In this document: positions 39,380 through 52,790 of the stretch, piece by piece
How the letters are laid out: the number at the start of each line of letters is the position of its first letter
Numbering within the stretch: the first letter of the stretch is position 1
From: the human T2T-CHM13v2.0 reference genome, Homo sapiens
Reading direction: 5' to 3' (one strand)
Assembly (NCBI RefSeq): GCF_009914755.1
Contig: NC_060944.1
DNA length: 64,000 nucleotides
Program-made: the position numbers and the translations under genes
Notes under the pieces: model-generated
Seen by the model: only the letters and a program-made list of their open reading frames with translations
Told to the model about the DNA's origin: nothing
The model's database searches: none

Positions 39380-40260
39380 TGCACAAAAGTAGGGGAATAG
39401 TGGTAAGGAGTGAGGTTTGAGAGGTCAACAGGGGTCATAGATCAGCAGGGTCAAGTAAAAAAAGGGCTGGAAGGATGGGCAACCCAAGCAGCAGGAACTA
39501 TGTGTGGAAAGGCATGGAGCTTTGAAAGGAGAAGGTGCATCCAGGAAACATCGGTTGCTCCCTTGTGGCTGAAATAACATGCATTTATGGAATGTCATGA
39601 TAGAAAGTTGGGCACAAGAGCAAACCCAGAGTTCATTAGCTTCATATGTCAAGCAAGAGAATTTGAGCTCTATCTGTAAGTCATGAAGACTTCATGGAAT
39701 ATCTTAAGTAAAAGATAGACATGGCTGGAATTGGGGTTTCAGGAAAAACACTGTGGCAGCAATGGGAAAGTCAAACTGGAAGACAGAGAAACCAAATAGA
39801 AAGAGGTTATTTTAATTAACCAGGAGATGATGAGGATTGTCTCTGAACTCGATACCAACTGAACTTGGGAAAGGAGCTGTTGGGCTGGAGAGAACACAGT
39901 AGACTCTAACATGTTTCAGGGGCCAAACAGACAGGATGTTGTGATTGATGAATGTAGGAATGAGGATTGGGGAGGAGTCCAGGATGACTCCCAGCTTCTA
40001 CCCATGGTGCCTGGGTGGAGAGCAGTGTCATTCCTGAAACAGGGAACACAGAAGGAGCAAGTTTGGCAGGAAAGGGGATCAATTCAGGCTGGAACTTGCT
40101 GAGTTAAAGGAGCTGCAGGACATAGAACAGGAGGCTCCCAGAAGACAAGGAACAGATTCAAAAGTTGGGAGTGAAGTTTGGCCTCGAGAAAGTCATGGAA
40201 CCCAGAGAGGATTCTGGAATGAGAAGAGAGCTAAGAGGAAAACCTAAGAAACACTACAAT
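39380..40260 (-). mobile_element. L2 relic
   Basis: gtggaaaggcatggag...ggaggagtccaggatgactcccagctt...gtgtcattcctga. Confidence 0.7.
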
Positions 40261-41294
40261 TTAAGAAATGGTTATGGTATAAAACTCAAGAATTGAAATA
40301 CAGAAGACCCTAGGAGGAAAGTCCATCTTCCAAGTATTGGAAACCACGCCCAATTCCTTGGCCAAGTTTTCACAATCCACTATCCACACACACCCATATT
40401 CCCTCTTTTCTTTTCCAATGACAAGTAAAAACACAACCTGCATCCTCACCACATGTACAAAGTCCTCGTACAAAATTTCTCTAGAGCCTAACATGGGTGC
40501 CCTCTTGAGTCAACAAGAATGAACACTGCCAGTAAGTTTGTAGAAAGTTGACTTCAAGAACATGACACATGCTCACAGTAGGATATTGCCAAAGGACTGG
40601 TCATGAGAGCCAATCAGTCACAGCCACCAGCCCTGAAGGACATGAGTCCAGGAACCTAGAGTTTAGACCTGTAAGCAATTAAGGGTAGAAAGATCTTCAA
40701 TTTATTTTTCTCTTCCCCATTTTCAGGCAGAGAAACTGATACCCAGAGAATGAAAGGATTTTGTCCAAGGTCAGCAGTGAAACCAGTTGACCAGATCAGT
40801 GTGACTAAATTATGTCATGTTGGTTAAAATGTCCTAATGGGCAGCACATTTCTAAAGTTTCTGCCAATGCAACCAGGCACCATGGGCACACTTCAGAAAC
40901 TAATGAGTCTGCAATTCCTCCAGCTCATTCAGAAGCTCCTGGGATAAGACTCAATCCTGGTAAGGCATGGGAGACTGAAGAAAAGGTAGAAGTTATCACC
41001 CTTCATAGGGCTTAATGGACTGTGGTTGTCACATATCCCTCCCTCTCTGAGGCCACTGGGATCTGAATTTGTCCTGGGCAGGGGCTTTGGGGTCATTTAA
41101 TTATCATACCAAGGGGACCCAACGAGGGAATCCAAACTTGTCTTGAAAAAGTGATTGTCTTCAAAACTAGCCTGTGTCAGAATTTTCCTTCCCAAAAATA
41201 GCTGTCCATGGGTTTGCATTTTCACAGCTCTCTTCTAGGCATCGGCTTCTGGTCTGACCTTGGTTCAGGACTTCCCCTTTAGATGGATGGATCC

Positions 41295-41700
41295 AGATGG
41301 GTCTTTCTGAAACCCCCTTTTGACAATATCACTCTCTGCTCGGGAGAACCCAGTGCTCTCCTCCACCTACATGCAACTTAGTAGACATCCTAGCCACAGC
41401 CTGAGCCTACAGCTTTTCCAGCCATTGCTTCTTTTTGGTTCCCTCAAGTTCTGTCACTTTGGGTGTCTTCCAGTTCCCTGAGCACAAGAGGTATTTTTAG
41501 GCCCCAGTGCCTTTGCACATGTTTCCTGGAATACCGTTTTCCTTGTTATCCACTGAAAGCAACTCCCATGTATTCTTATTTATTTAAATTTTTTGCATCC
41601 AGACTTTGAATTCCTCAAAAACAGTAACTGGTGTCATAATCACCTTGTTATCCCCAGCACATAGTTCAGGATTTGTCAACATGTTGGAATGAATGCCTAT
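41295..41700 (+). mobile_element. L2 3' relic
   Basis: gtgcctttgcacatg...tatccccagcacatag...tgttggaatgaatg. Confidence 0.65.
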
Positions 41701-42579
41701 GAGCCAATCAGACTACTTGCCACAGTCAGGAGGAAGAGGAAGGCTGGAGTAGCTGTGAATAGTACAAGATGAACCTCCTTATGAGTGTGAAAGAGGGGGA
41801 GCATCAACAGAGTTACCATGAATTGACACAGTGGCCATGTTTCCACCTGGTGGAGGAATCCATTTTTAACTCAAACCATCCTCGAGAAGTTACTTTTCCT
41901 ACCAGAGAGGTGGCAGGCTAAGAATAATCCCCTTCATTAATCCCTCCCAACAACTTGAATAATGGATGGACCACAGGGAGTTTAGAAGCCCAGGTTAAGT
42001 TTATGAGTTGTAAATGTAGCTCTGGGCACACTGGGTAGGGAGATAGGGGTGGTCCCTCGAACAGAAAGCCAGGGCAACTATTTCCCAGAATAAATTAGAA
42101 GCATATCTCCTTATGAATACTGGGGAATGCCATTGATGTTCCATAAAGTAAACTTTGGTCAAAACATAGCAGAAGCTGGAGATTTTCTGCAAACAAACAG
42201 TAATGTGAGGCCAGACATGTGTAGGCAAGAAGAGCAAGGTATCTTCAGAAGGAAGTCAGCAGTATTTCCAGGAAGAACCAGAATATAATCCATTCTCTGG
42301 GCTGTTTCTAGCCTTGGGTTTTCACCCATAGGGACAGTGAAATGGCAGCTTATATCAGGCTCTTGTATACCCCATACTATATCATGGGTAGTTTTTTCTG
42401 TACTAGTGTCCTCAAGTTGTCCACATAGGTTTCTCATTCTAGAACATGAGCTCAGTATTCTCTATTAACATTTTTGTGGTTAAAGTCCTAAATTGCAGTC
42501 TCTCCAGCTACTACATAAGGATACCCGACCTGAGTGCCTCTGACCTGACACATGAAAACAAGATTTGGATGCCCACATG

Positions 42580-42970
42580 GACATTCCTTCATTTAACAAG
42601 TATTTGTTGAGTGCCTACTATGCACCAGATACTGGGAGTATAATAATAAACAAGAGACCCTGTGTTCTGGGAGTTGATAGTCTAAGGGGAAAAGGGACAC
42701 TGACAAGCAGCCAGGGCTTGCAATACAGTCTATGCACAATACTCTGTACTGTGATGGGGCATTAGAGGGGGCCACAGAGACTCTACTTTAGACCAGTAGG
42801 GTCAGGAAAGGCTTACTGGAGAAATGATGTCCATGCTGAGACATCCCATTAGACAACGTGAAGGGAAACGGAAAACAAGGCATGCTCCAGGCATATAAGC
42901 TAGGCAACTGCATGTGCCAAGACCTGAAGTTGAGAGACAGTGTGGCCTGTTAAGGGAAAATGAGAAGAGC
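42580..42970 (-). mobile_element. L2 3' relic
   Basis: ttcatttaacaagtatttgttgagtgcctactatgcaccag...gtcaggaaaggctt. Confidence 0.8.
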
Positions 42971-43634
42971 AGGACAAGTCCAAGTATGGGCCCAGCCCAG
43001 TTCAGCCCATCTATACATGTGTTACCAAGGAAGAGACCAGAAATTTGGGGGCACAGCTCAGGATCAGCCCCCACCTGATACTCCATTCTCACCTCAATTG
43101 TGGATGTGAAGTTTCAGCTTCACCAGGGCTGCAAGGCCAAATGGTCCTTGAACCCCCAAGCCCAGCAGCTCAGAATCTCCCAGGCTTCATGACGTAAGGA
43201 AGAGTAAGAGGAAAGTTGCAGCCATGACCCGAGACCCTTCTTTGCCCTGCCTGGTTTCCTGCTCTGTGGTGGCTTCATCTCAGCAAGAAGGTTGCCATCT
43301 TGAATGGGAATGGACATTGGGGTGGGATGGGGTGGGTGTTGGGGAGGGAGACCCAAACACCTGTCCAATACAGTCAAAGAAGCTGGTTGTCACCATGTGA
43401 TCAAAAAAAGAGACAATTGGCTGAATTTCAGTCACATTTTCTGGAGGTTTGTAGACGTCGTAGAGGTTTACAAGCCTCCACAATAGGTAGAGGTATCCGT
43501 CTGGGGCAGGTGCCCCAGACAGCCTCCTGGAAGTGATTACTCCACTCAACAGCCAAGAGGCATCTCCTAAGGAATGTGTGTTGTTTCAACCTGGGATTGG
43601 AAGAAGGGCAAAGTTCTTGAACAATATTTCATGG

Positions 43635-43855
43635 TTTACAAACATCTTGAGGTTTACTGAGCACTTGTGCACCAGGCTTCTGCTAGGTATTTTAATATCT
43701 AGCATGAAGTTGGCTTCTCATGACAGCCCTACAGGATAAGTAATATATCCCAGCTTTCAGATCAGGAAATTGAGGCCCAGGGAGGTGTAAGAAACTTGCT
43801 CAAAATCCACCTTGTTGAGTGACAGAAGGAGAATTTAAATCCTGACCTCCTGCTT
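43635..43855 (-). mobile_element. MIR
   Basis: tttactgagcacttgtgcaccagg...ttcagatcaggaaattgaggcccag. Confidence 0.75.
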
Positions 43856-44818
43856 CCTCTCACTTCCATCCCTGCATTATCTTATGTCACCATCTCGAGA
43901 GCCATGGTAAGGTTGGCAATATTAGTAGTTTCAGATAAAAAAAAGCAAGGCTTGGATAGGTGGCAGAAGGTACCAGAAACAGGTGTTTCCAGCTGATAAG
44001 GTTGGGCCCGTCAGCACATTTTCTGAGGCAGCTCCCCTTGCTGAGCACCACCTCCCACAATTTCATTCCAACATTTTAATGAAAAATAAACGTCTGTCCA
44101 CCCCTACCCTGTGCACTAGGCCAGATCAAGCAATTACACAGTGTTTGTGTGGGAAGAGGACTGGTTCTGAGAGACCAAGCTGATAGGGAGGGGTGATAGC
44201 AGAGAAAACCCAGCTGGCTCAGTTGGGTCTTCCCAGGACCCCTCGTGCCCTTCTCCCACTGCCCTTTCCACTCAGAAACCTGCCCCCACTGCCCATCCTG
44301 CCTGGGTGAGGCAGGATCCACCACCAGGGTCCAGGCAGGACCCTGGAACTAAGGATTTTACATGCTTTCCAACCCAACTCTAACACAAGGCCATACAGCA
44401 TAGTGGTGAAGGGCACTACTCACTCACTCTGAACTTGGACAGTGGCTCCATCTCTTAGAACCTGTGTTGTCTTCTGTGAGATGAGGATGATAGTAGCACC
44501 CAGCACACAGGGTTAAATGAAAAGAGAGTCTTGCCAGGGACAGTTACATGACAAGTGCTCAGGAAACACTAGTCACTTGTCTCCATTTTTGCTTTTTATT
44601 GAAGTATAATGAACATACCAGAAAATGCATAAGTGCATAGCTCACTGTTTTGGACAAATTGAACACACCTGTGGAAGCAGCACCCAATTCAAGAAACAGA
44701 ATTCTCAGCACTACACCCCGACTATACCTTCTGGTTACTATTTCCTCCCAAGAATAACCCCATCCTTACTTCTTACAGCATAGATAAATTTCACCTGTAT
44801 TAAAGATGGTACTACTTG

Positions 44819-45264
44819 AGCAAAGACATGGAATCAACCCAGATGCCCATCAATGATAAACTGGATAAAGAAAATATGGTACATATACTCCAGGAATACC
44901 AGGCAGCCATAAAAAGGAATGAAATCATGTTTTTTGCAGCAACATGAAGTTGGAGGCTATAATATTAAGCAAATTAATGCAGGAACAGAAAACCAAATAC
45001 CACATGTCCTCACTTATAAGTGGAAGCTAAACATTAAGCACATACAGACATATTATAAATATGAGAACAATAGACATTGTGGACTACTAGAGGGTGGAGG
45101 GAGCAGGGGGGATGGGGAATTTTTATAAGTATTTATTGGATACTCTGCTCACTACCTGGGTGACGAGATTTGTACTCCAAACCTCAGCATCCCACAATAT
45201 CCCCAGATAACAAATCTACACATGTATCCTCTATATCTAAAATAAAAGTTGATTTTTAAAAAAA
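44819..45264 (+). mobile_element. 5'-truncated L1 (L1PA16/L1PB-like) with TSD
   Basis: agcaaagacatggaatcaacc...tatctaaaataaaagttga; TSD aaagatggtactacttg / aaagatgctaccatttg. Confidence 0.88.
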
Positions 45265-45429
45265 GATGCTACCATTTGTTTTGTTAACTATAATTTAAAA
45301 TGCACCAGGAATATGCACACATTCTTTGGGTGTGTTACCTTATTTAGTCTTCATCGCAGCCCTCTGATGTAGGTATACTCACATTATCCCCATGTCATAG
45401 ATGAAGAAACAGGGAACATTCTATGGAAT

Positions 45430-47520
45430 CTGCAAAAATGCAGGTAGAACTGCAAGTAAGTTTAGCAAGATCACAGCATACAAAGTCAAAATACAGAAAT
45501 CAGTTGCATTTCTAAATACTAGCAACAGACCATTAAAAATTGAAATTTAAAATATTATTTACAAAATATTTATACATACATTTTAAAACCATGAAATACT
45601 TAGGGATAAATTTAACAAAATATATATAAAAACTACACAATCAAAATTATAAGGCATAGCTAAAAGAAAATTTTAGAAGATTTAAATAAGTGAAAGTATA
45701 TACTGTATTCATGGGTTGGAAGACTCAAGATTGTTAAAATATAAATTTATTCCTAACTAACCTATAATTTTAGGGTAATCCCAATCAAAACTCCAGCAGA
45801 CTTTTAAAAGTAAATTGAAAAATTGATTCTAAAATGTGTGTAAAAAAACAAAGGCCCTAGAAGAGCCAAAACAATTTTGCAAAAGAAGAACATTTTGAGG
45901 ACTTTCAACACCTGGTTTCAAGACTTCCAGTAAAGCTACTGGAATCTAGGCAGTGGTATTGGCATAAGAATAGAAAAGCTGGGTGCAGTAGCACAGGTCT
46001 GTAATCCCAGCTACTCAAGAGGCTGAAGTGGAAGCGTCACTTGAGCCCAGGAGTTTGCGACCAGCCTGGGCAACATAGCAAGACTCCATCTTGCTAAGAA
46101 AAAAAAAGAATAGGCATACAGATCAATGAAACACAACAGAGAGTACAGAAATAAACTCACACATATACGGTCCCTTTGGTTTTAGACAAATATGCCAAGT
46201 CATCCAATGGGACAGGGATAACTGTTTCTACAAATGGTGTTGGAATAACTGAACATACATATGCATAAAGAATAAGTAAATATAAAAAAGAAGAATCTTG
46301 TCCTCTACCTCATGCAACAGATAATAATTAATTCAAATAATTGATCACAGACTTAACTTTAAGAGTTAAGACTGTAAATGTTCTAAAAGTAACAGAAGAT
46401 CTTTACAAGATTGGGATAGGCAAATATTTCTTATATAGAACCTGAAAAAAGGACCCATTGTAAAAAAATGATAAATTGGTCTTCATCAAAATGCAAAAAT
46501 GTCTTCTCTTTAAAAGGCACCATTAACATAACAGGCTACATATGGGAAAAAATATTTACAACACATATGCTTGACAAGAGACTTATATCCAGAGTATTTA
46601 AAGAACTCTTCCAACTCAATAGTAAAAAGAACAGCCTAAATTTTGTAAGTAGGCAAAATGTTTCTCAAGATACACAAACTGTCAAAGTTCACATTAAAAA
46701 ATCATTAGTAATCAGGGATTGGAAGTAAAAAGCAAAATGAGATCATATGGTATGTCAATTAGGATGACTAAAATTAAAAAGACTGACAACAAAAAGCGTT
46801 GACAAGTAGGTGGAGCAACTGGAACTCTCATACGCTGTGGTGAGAAATACAAAACAGTACAACCACTTTGGAAAAAATTCAGGCAGTTTCTTACAATGTT
46901 AAACATATGTCTACTATATAACCTAGTAATCTTACTTGTACCTATTTACCCATGAGAAATGAACACAGATGCCCATACAAACACTTGTGTGCAAATGTTT
47001 AGCACAAATTTATTCATAGTAACCAAACACTGGAAACCACACAAATTCCCATCAACTGGTGAACAGACACACAAGTTTTTGTATCATCCATATTAATAGC
47101 ATCATACTCAGCAATAAAAAGAAGCAAAATACTGTACTGATACATGCCATCACAAGTATAAATCTGAAAAACACCTTACTGAGCAAAATGAGCCAGAATA
47201 CAAAAGAATAAATCTATATGATTTTATTTATAAGTTCTAGAAAGACTAAGTTTAATCTAAAGTAATAGAAGAAAAATCAGTGGTTGCCTGGGTCCAGTGG
47301 TGGGAGATAGGGGTGGGGAATAGGGAGGGAGTCCCTGGGAAGTATCACAAGGAGACATTTAGGAGAGATGGAAATGTTCCATATATTGATTATGATTGTA
47401 GTTAGTGTGTTAATGAGTATATCCATTTGTCAAAATTTATTGTATTGGTCATTTAAAATGAGTGCATTTTGTCATGTGATAATTATACCTTAATTATTAA
47501 TAAAATAATTTAAAAAAAAA
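45430..47520 (+). mobile_element. Old L1M (L1MC/MD-like) ORF2 3' half and 3'UTR
   Basis: atacaaagtcaaaatacagaaatcagttgcatttcta...gttggaagactcaa...ggagcaactggaactctcatac...aattatacct. Confidence 0.85.
45978..46108 (+). mobile_element. FLAM Alu monomer
   Basis: ctgtaatcccagctactc...ttgagcccaggagtttgcgaccagcctgggcaacatagcaagac; flanked by aagaatag on both sides. Confidence 0.85.
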
Positions 47521-49172
47521 CAAATAATGAAAGCTATTGGTTTTATTATTATTATTTACTATCTCCCAGGAACTCTGCTAAGCCCTTTATGTGTACCATC
47601 TTATTCAATCCTCTCAACAGCCCTCTGATCTACGCACACTAACATCATGCCCATTTTACAGAGGAGAAAACAGAGGCTCATGGAAGAATGTGAAATAATG
47701 TAACCAACGTTCCCCACTAATAAGCAATCCAGGATTAGAATTTAGGTAGTCTTAATCAGCGAATATATGGCTTTCAAAGCATGGGAAAATTTCTCTGTGT
47801 ACACTTGAGTAATTATCAGTACATAAATGATTGTTACTAATAATGTGCTTGTATTGTTATTTGCAGAGGTGGTACTTCAAGTCCACCCCTGGGAATGTCA
47901 ATATCATGGGCAAGTGGGGTATCTTTAACTTGAAGGACAGCCCAGTCAGGGACTGGAGAGAATGTCAGCACCCCAGCTGGATCAGACAAATGCTATCATA
48001 GGCCTCAGCCAAAAGAGAGCTGGGTAGGGAAACTGAAGGGAAGGTGTGCACATAGGCTAAACCATGAAGGACATGAGCATCCAAGAAACACACACACACA
48101 TCAGGCCTGGGGCTCCAAGTAAGAGAGAAAACTCTGAACCCCACCCAGGGTGGGGCTAAGGTTCCTAACGCACTTCCTGTACATGTCAGGGTGGGTCAAG
48201 GATTGGGCAGGGCTGGGTGGGGTTGGAGGCCAATCTGAAGAGCCTGGTTGACCAGTGTGGCTGTCTTCTCTGGCCCCTAGTCAATCTGAGACCAGTCACT
48301 CCTAGCAGAATGAAAAGTTTGCACATGGCTGCTTCTAACCTCAGATTCTCCCTCTTTTTAACACCAGGAAAGGTTTTCTTTGAAAATTCCCCTGCTTCTC
48401 TGAGTCTGCTGTTATGAAGGGTGAGATCACACCCTGTAGTCATGACTTTGGTCCTGAAACAATTATTCATCCTGTTCTACTTAAGCTTGGTGGCCCGTGC
48501 TCACTGGGTGATGAGCTCTCCCCCTAATCCCTCTCCCCACCAGTTCTCTCATGGCTCACTGCCCTGTTGGCTTTGTCAGGTGCAATTGCATCAGGTTAAG
48601 GCAGGGGAGGAGGGGTGAGGGCTGGGCCCCAGCTTGGGAATTAAGAAGTTGAGAGAGGCCAGAGAGAGAAGGAAGCAAAAAGATGAAGACAGATACAGAA
48701 ACACTCCTGTTTTCAAAGTCTTAGGCATAAGGGGCCCTTCTCAATAGGTTACTATTTATAGGAACATACACAGAGTTGCTGTACCCAGACATGTGAGCCC
48801 CAGTGATGAGATTTCTGGTCCAGTGGAAACATCTGAAAGTCGTTACTTAAAATGTTACCAAGACAGCCACAGGCAGGCTCTGTATGTGCCCTCAGTCAAC
48901 AAAATCTTCCCCACCCTCCTCTAAGACTCTAAGTTATGTTGGATCCATGAGAGGAGTCACCATGTCATCCTCAAAATGCCACTGAGAAACTGTCATCCAA
49001 TGACTGTCATGGTTTTCCCCTCTTTATTTCTTCTGGAAGAGTGGAAGTAGGGGGAGGCAGAAAGTGTAGTGGCAGAGGATAAGGCTGACAGACCACAGTG
49101 GGTGACTGAAGTACTAAGACAATGGGGTGGCACAGAAGAATGCTGAGCAGCCAGTGTTAGAACTGTGTTTTA

Positions 49173-49472
49173 GGCCGGGCACCGTGGCTCACCCCTGTAA
49201 TCCCAGCACTTTGGGAGGCCGAGGCAGGCGGATCACGAGGTCAGGAGATCGAGACCATCCTGGCTAACAAGGTGAAACCCCATCTCTACTAAAAATAAAA
49301 ATTAAAAAAAAATTAGCTGGACGTGGCAGCAGGCGCCTGTAGTCCCAGCTACTAAGACAGGAGAATGGCGTGAACCCAGGAGGCGGAGCTTGCAGTGAGC
49401 TGAGATCAGGCCACTACACTCCAGCCTGGGTGACAGAGTGAGACTCCGTCTCAAAAAAAAAAAAACAAAAAA
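49173..49472 (+). mobile_element. AluY with TSD and small right-arm deletion
   Basis: ggagatcgagaccatcctggctaac; gagaatggcgtgaaccc; TSD actgtgtttta. Confidence 0.93.
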
Positions 49473-49643
49473 TACTGTGTTTTAGATTAAAATGCTCCAG
49501 CAGCCAGAGTGAGGACTGGACCAGACACAGACCAGGGTGAGAGATCTCAAGATGGGCCTGGGGCATCAGCAGTGATGACGGAGGATAGGAGATAGATTTC
49601 TATGGCTGATATTTATTATTTTACATGTGTGGCTGCCCATTAA

Positions 49644-49935
<292 letters not shown>

Positions 49936-50600
49936 TTTTTTTCATTATCTTTTTAACAGCCTTTTGCAATTTGGGGGAAATAGAACATAATGAGTTCCAC
50001 TGGAAATTTTCTGATGTAGAAATCAGAACTCAAGTGATTTCCAGACTCATTTGCTGCTATGCCATGAGCACATAACCAGCCTTCATCAACTAGACACTCC
50101 AGTTGGGAAGTGGTCAATTTGAGGAATTGGTCTATTTGGAGCTCACGCACAGTTTTGCTGGTGTAGGAAACAACCAAGTCACCAGCTTTCAGGGCAGCAT
50201 GTTTGCCAAGCCAAATTGCCAACCCAGAAGTGACATTAATGCTGGTAACATTGCAATAAAGTCAGTTTTCTGGCATCTAGTATTCAGTGGCAGCTTCAGC
50301 AACAGCAATCAAAGTCTCAACATTAAGCTAGAGCTGCTACGTGGTTTCGGATGTTCTTAGAAGCTTGGCCTCAAGCCAGTTTCTCCGTCTCCTCCATCAA
50401 CTATGGGGGCTACTTGACATATTTTGCTAAATTACTTTTCTTCCTAGTTTTGTATTCTGTCATTTGCAACCGAGAAACTGGCTGATACAATTCTTGGTTA
50501 TTTATGGGTAATATTAAGAGGATTTAGTGACCTATTAGCCCAACTACTAGAACAGTGACTGACACATAGCAGACATTCAGTATACCTCAAATACTTGTTG

Positions 50601-50812
50601 AGAGGCAGGAAGGCAGGAAGGCAGGCAAGAAGGAAAGGGAAGGGAAGGGAAGGGAAGGGAAGGGAAGGGAAGGGAAGGAAAGGGAAGGGAAGGGAAGGGA
50701 AGGGAAGCAAAGGGAAGGAAAGGGAAGGGAGGGAAGGAGGGAATGAGGGAAGGGAGGGAGGAGGGAAGGGACGGAGAGAGGGAAGGGGGAAGAAAAGAAG
50801 GATGAAGGGAAG
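50601..50812 (+). repeat. Polypurine (GGGAA)n/(GGAA)n repeat
   Basis: About 14 near-perfect AGGGA units at 50636-50705 within a 210-bp purine tract. Confidence 0.95.
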
Positions 50813-50819
50813 GATAAAC

Positions 50820-51270
50820 AGAGTGTATGTAATATGAGAGATGAAGGAGTGTAGGATGATATACAGATTAGACAACTTTGTGGATGGTAGTGCTATCACT
50901 GAGACATGAAAGGCAGAAGACAGAGCAGGTTTGAGAAAATGATGAGTCAGGTTTGGGACCGCTGGATTCAAGTTTCCTCCAGTACATCCAAGTACAGATT
51001 TTCAGTAGTTTGCTGGATATTTAGATCCAGAGTTCAACAGGAAACTCAGGGCAGTAGATGACTTGCGGGTGACCCAGACAGAGGAGTAAGTGAGTTTTGC
51101 AAATGGAAGAAATGCCCTAGTGCAAAGAAGAAATGACAATGAATGAAATTCTGAAAAGTACCAGCATTTAGGAGATAACTTGAGGAGTTGCTCACAAAAG
51201 ACACTGAGGAAAACTGCCAGAAGTTCAGCTGAGCTTTGTGGACCCACATGTCATCAAAGGCCAGTGGTGA
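50820..51270 (-). mobile_element. L2 relic
   Basis: gagcaggtttgag...gatgagtcagg...ggatattt...ccagcatttagg. Confidence 0.65.
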
Positions 51271-52559
51271 CTGGACCAGGTGAAAACAAGAAATCTTTCT
51301 GCTTCTGTTTCCATTTCCACAGTGCATGGGCCAAAACACTTACCTTCCCGGCTCCTTGCTGTGAATGATCATGAAAGGCAGGCCTCTTGACCAAGCTGCA
51401 GACATTTATGAGCATCTACTGCGCGCTAGGCACTGAGCAAGGCAATTTACATTGATTGTCCTTTTTAATTCTATCAATTGCACTATGAGTGACTTATTAT
51501 ATTTGTCCCATTATTGCTGAGGTTCAAAAAAGTAAGGTCACTTTCCACTTCCCACAGGGCTGGCTATTAGAATCATTCAGCAAGAGATCCTGAACAGGGC
51601 TGGAGGGAGAAGGCTTCAAAAAGAGCAACCAGTTTGCATTACGGGAAACTGAGGCACAGAGATGTTACTCGCCTAACGTCACATGGTTAGTGACTGGTTC
51701 TAATCCCAGGCCAGCCTGCCTTAAGGATCCAATGATGATAATGTTGATGATGATGTGACAGGGATAGTAACAGTGATGGTAACAACAACAGTGACTGCTG
51801 CTACGTTTATGGGGTGCCTATAATATGCCAAAATTGGTGCATTTCATGCATTGCCTCACTTAATTCTCATGACAACACAATAAGGTAGGGCTATCATAAA
51901 CCCCTCTTCAGCCATGAGTGTAAAAGGGGCTCAAATTGTCACTGTGAGCAATAATAATCCTACTGGGGCTTGGGGCTGGAGGTTGGCATGCAGGACAGGC
52001 TGGAAACAGACTGCCCCACAGCAGATCCTGGCTTCTCAGACCCCGAGGCAGCCCCAGGGAGCAGACAGCCCAGCCCAACCCAGGCAAGGGAGACATTCTG
52101 CCCAGACAAACCGCAGAAGCGTCTGGGGCGCTGCTGTCTCCTGTCCTCTACAAACTTGTAGCAGCTTGCGTGTGCAGATCTCTGGGATGAGATGATCAAG
52201 GACTGGCCCCCCTGTCCCAAGTGCTCATGAGGAAACTGCCCTGTGTGCCATAGGGCTCATCTCTCCAGGCCTGCCCAGACCCAGGACCTTGAACTGAACC
52301 ATGCACAGGTCTATAGGTTGAGGAGGTGGATAGAAAAGGGTCCCCAGATAGCAGACCCTGGTGGGAATTTTAGCGCCACCATAAGCCTTTGTTCTAAGCT
52401 TCCTTTCATCTGGCTTCCAGAACTAGGACCTGCTGGATGGTTTATTGCCTTTCCTTTTAAGTCACATTAAAAATAACTTTTCAGTAATCACCCTAACACA
52501 AGGTACTTGACTCGCTGGGGATCCCCAGTGCCTAGAAAGATGCTTGGTATGTACTAGAA

Positions 52560-52790
52560 ATAACAAATATTTATTGAGCACTTACTATGTGATAGGCAAG
52601 GCACCATGAACTTTACATTCTTTATCTATCACCTTTAATGCTCACTACAACCCTATGAAATATATTCTCTTATTATCTCCATTTTACAGATGAGAAAACT
52701 GAGACTTTGAAAGGTGAAGTGACTTAGCTCAAGGTCACATAATGAAAAAGCAGCAGAGCTAGGATTTGACTGCAGTCTATGCTCAGACAG
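52560..52790 (-). mobile_element. MIR
   Basis: atttattgagcacttactatgtg...ccattttacagatgagaaaactgag...aaggtcaca. Confidence 0.88.

Noticed and set aside
41842-41916. CCACCTGGTGG palindrome and CTCF-like motifs
   Set aside because: At least two core mismatches to the CTCF consensus
43440-43525. H/ACA snoRNA reading of the hairpin pair
   Set aside because: No ANANNA H box between the stems, and the second stem is too short
49953-50490. Protein-like ORFs on both strands
   Set aside because: No homology recognised; the segment ends in an LTR-like terminus (ttgcaacc...ctgataca), so it is probably an old LTR
50498-50971. 157-aa and 80-aa ORFs
   Set aside because: Translations of the (GGGAA)n tract and L2; low complexity
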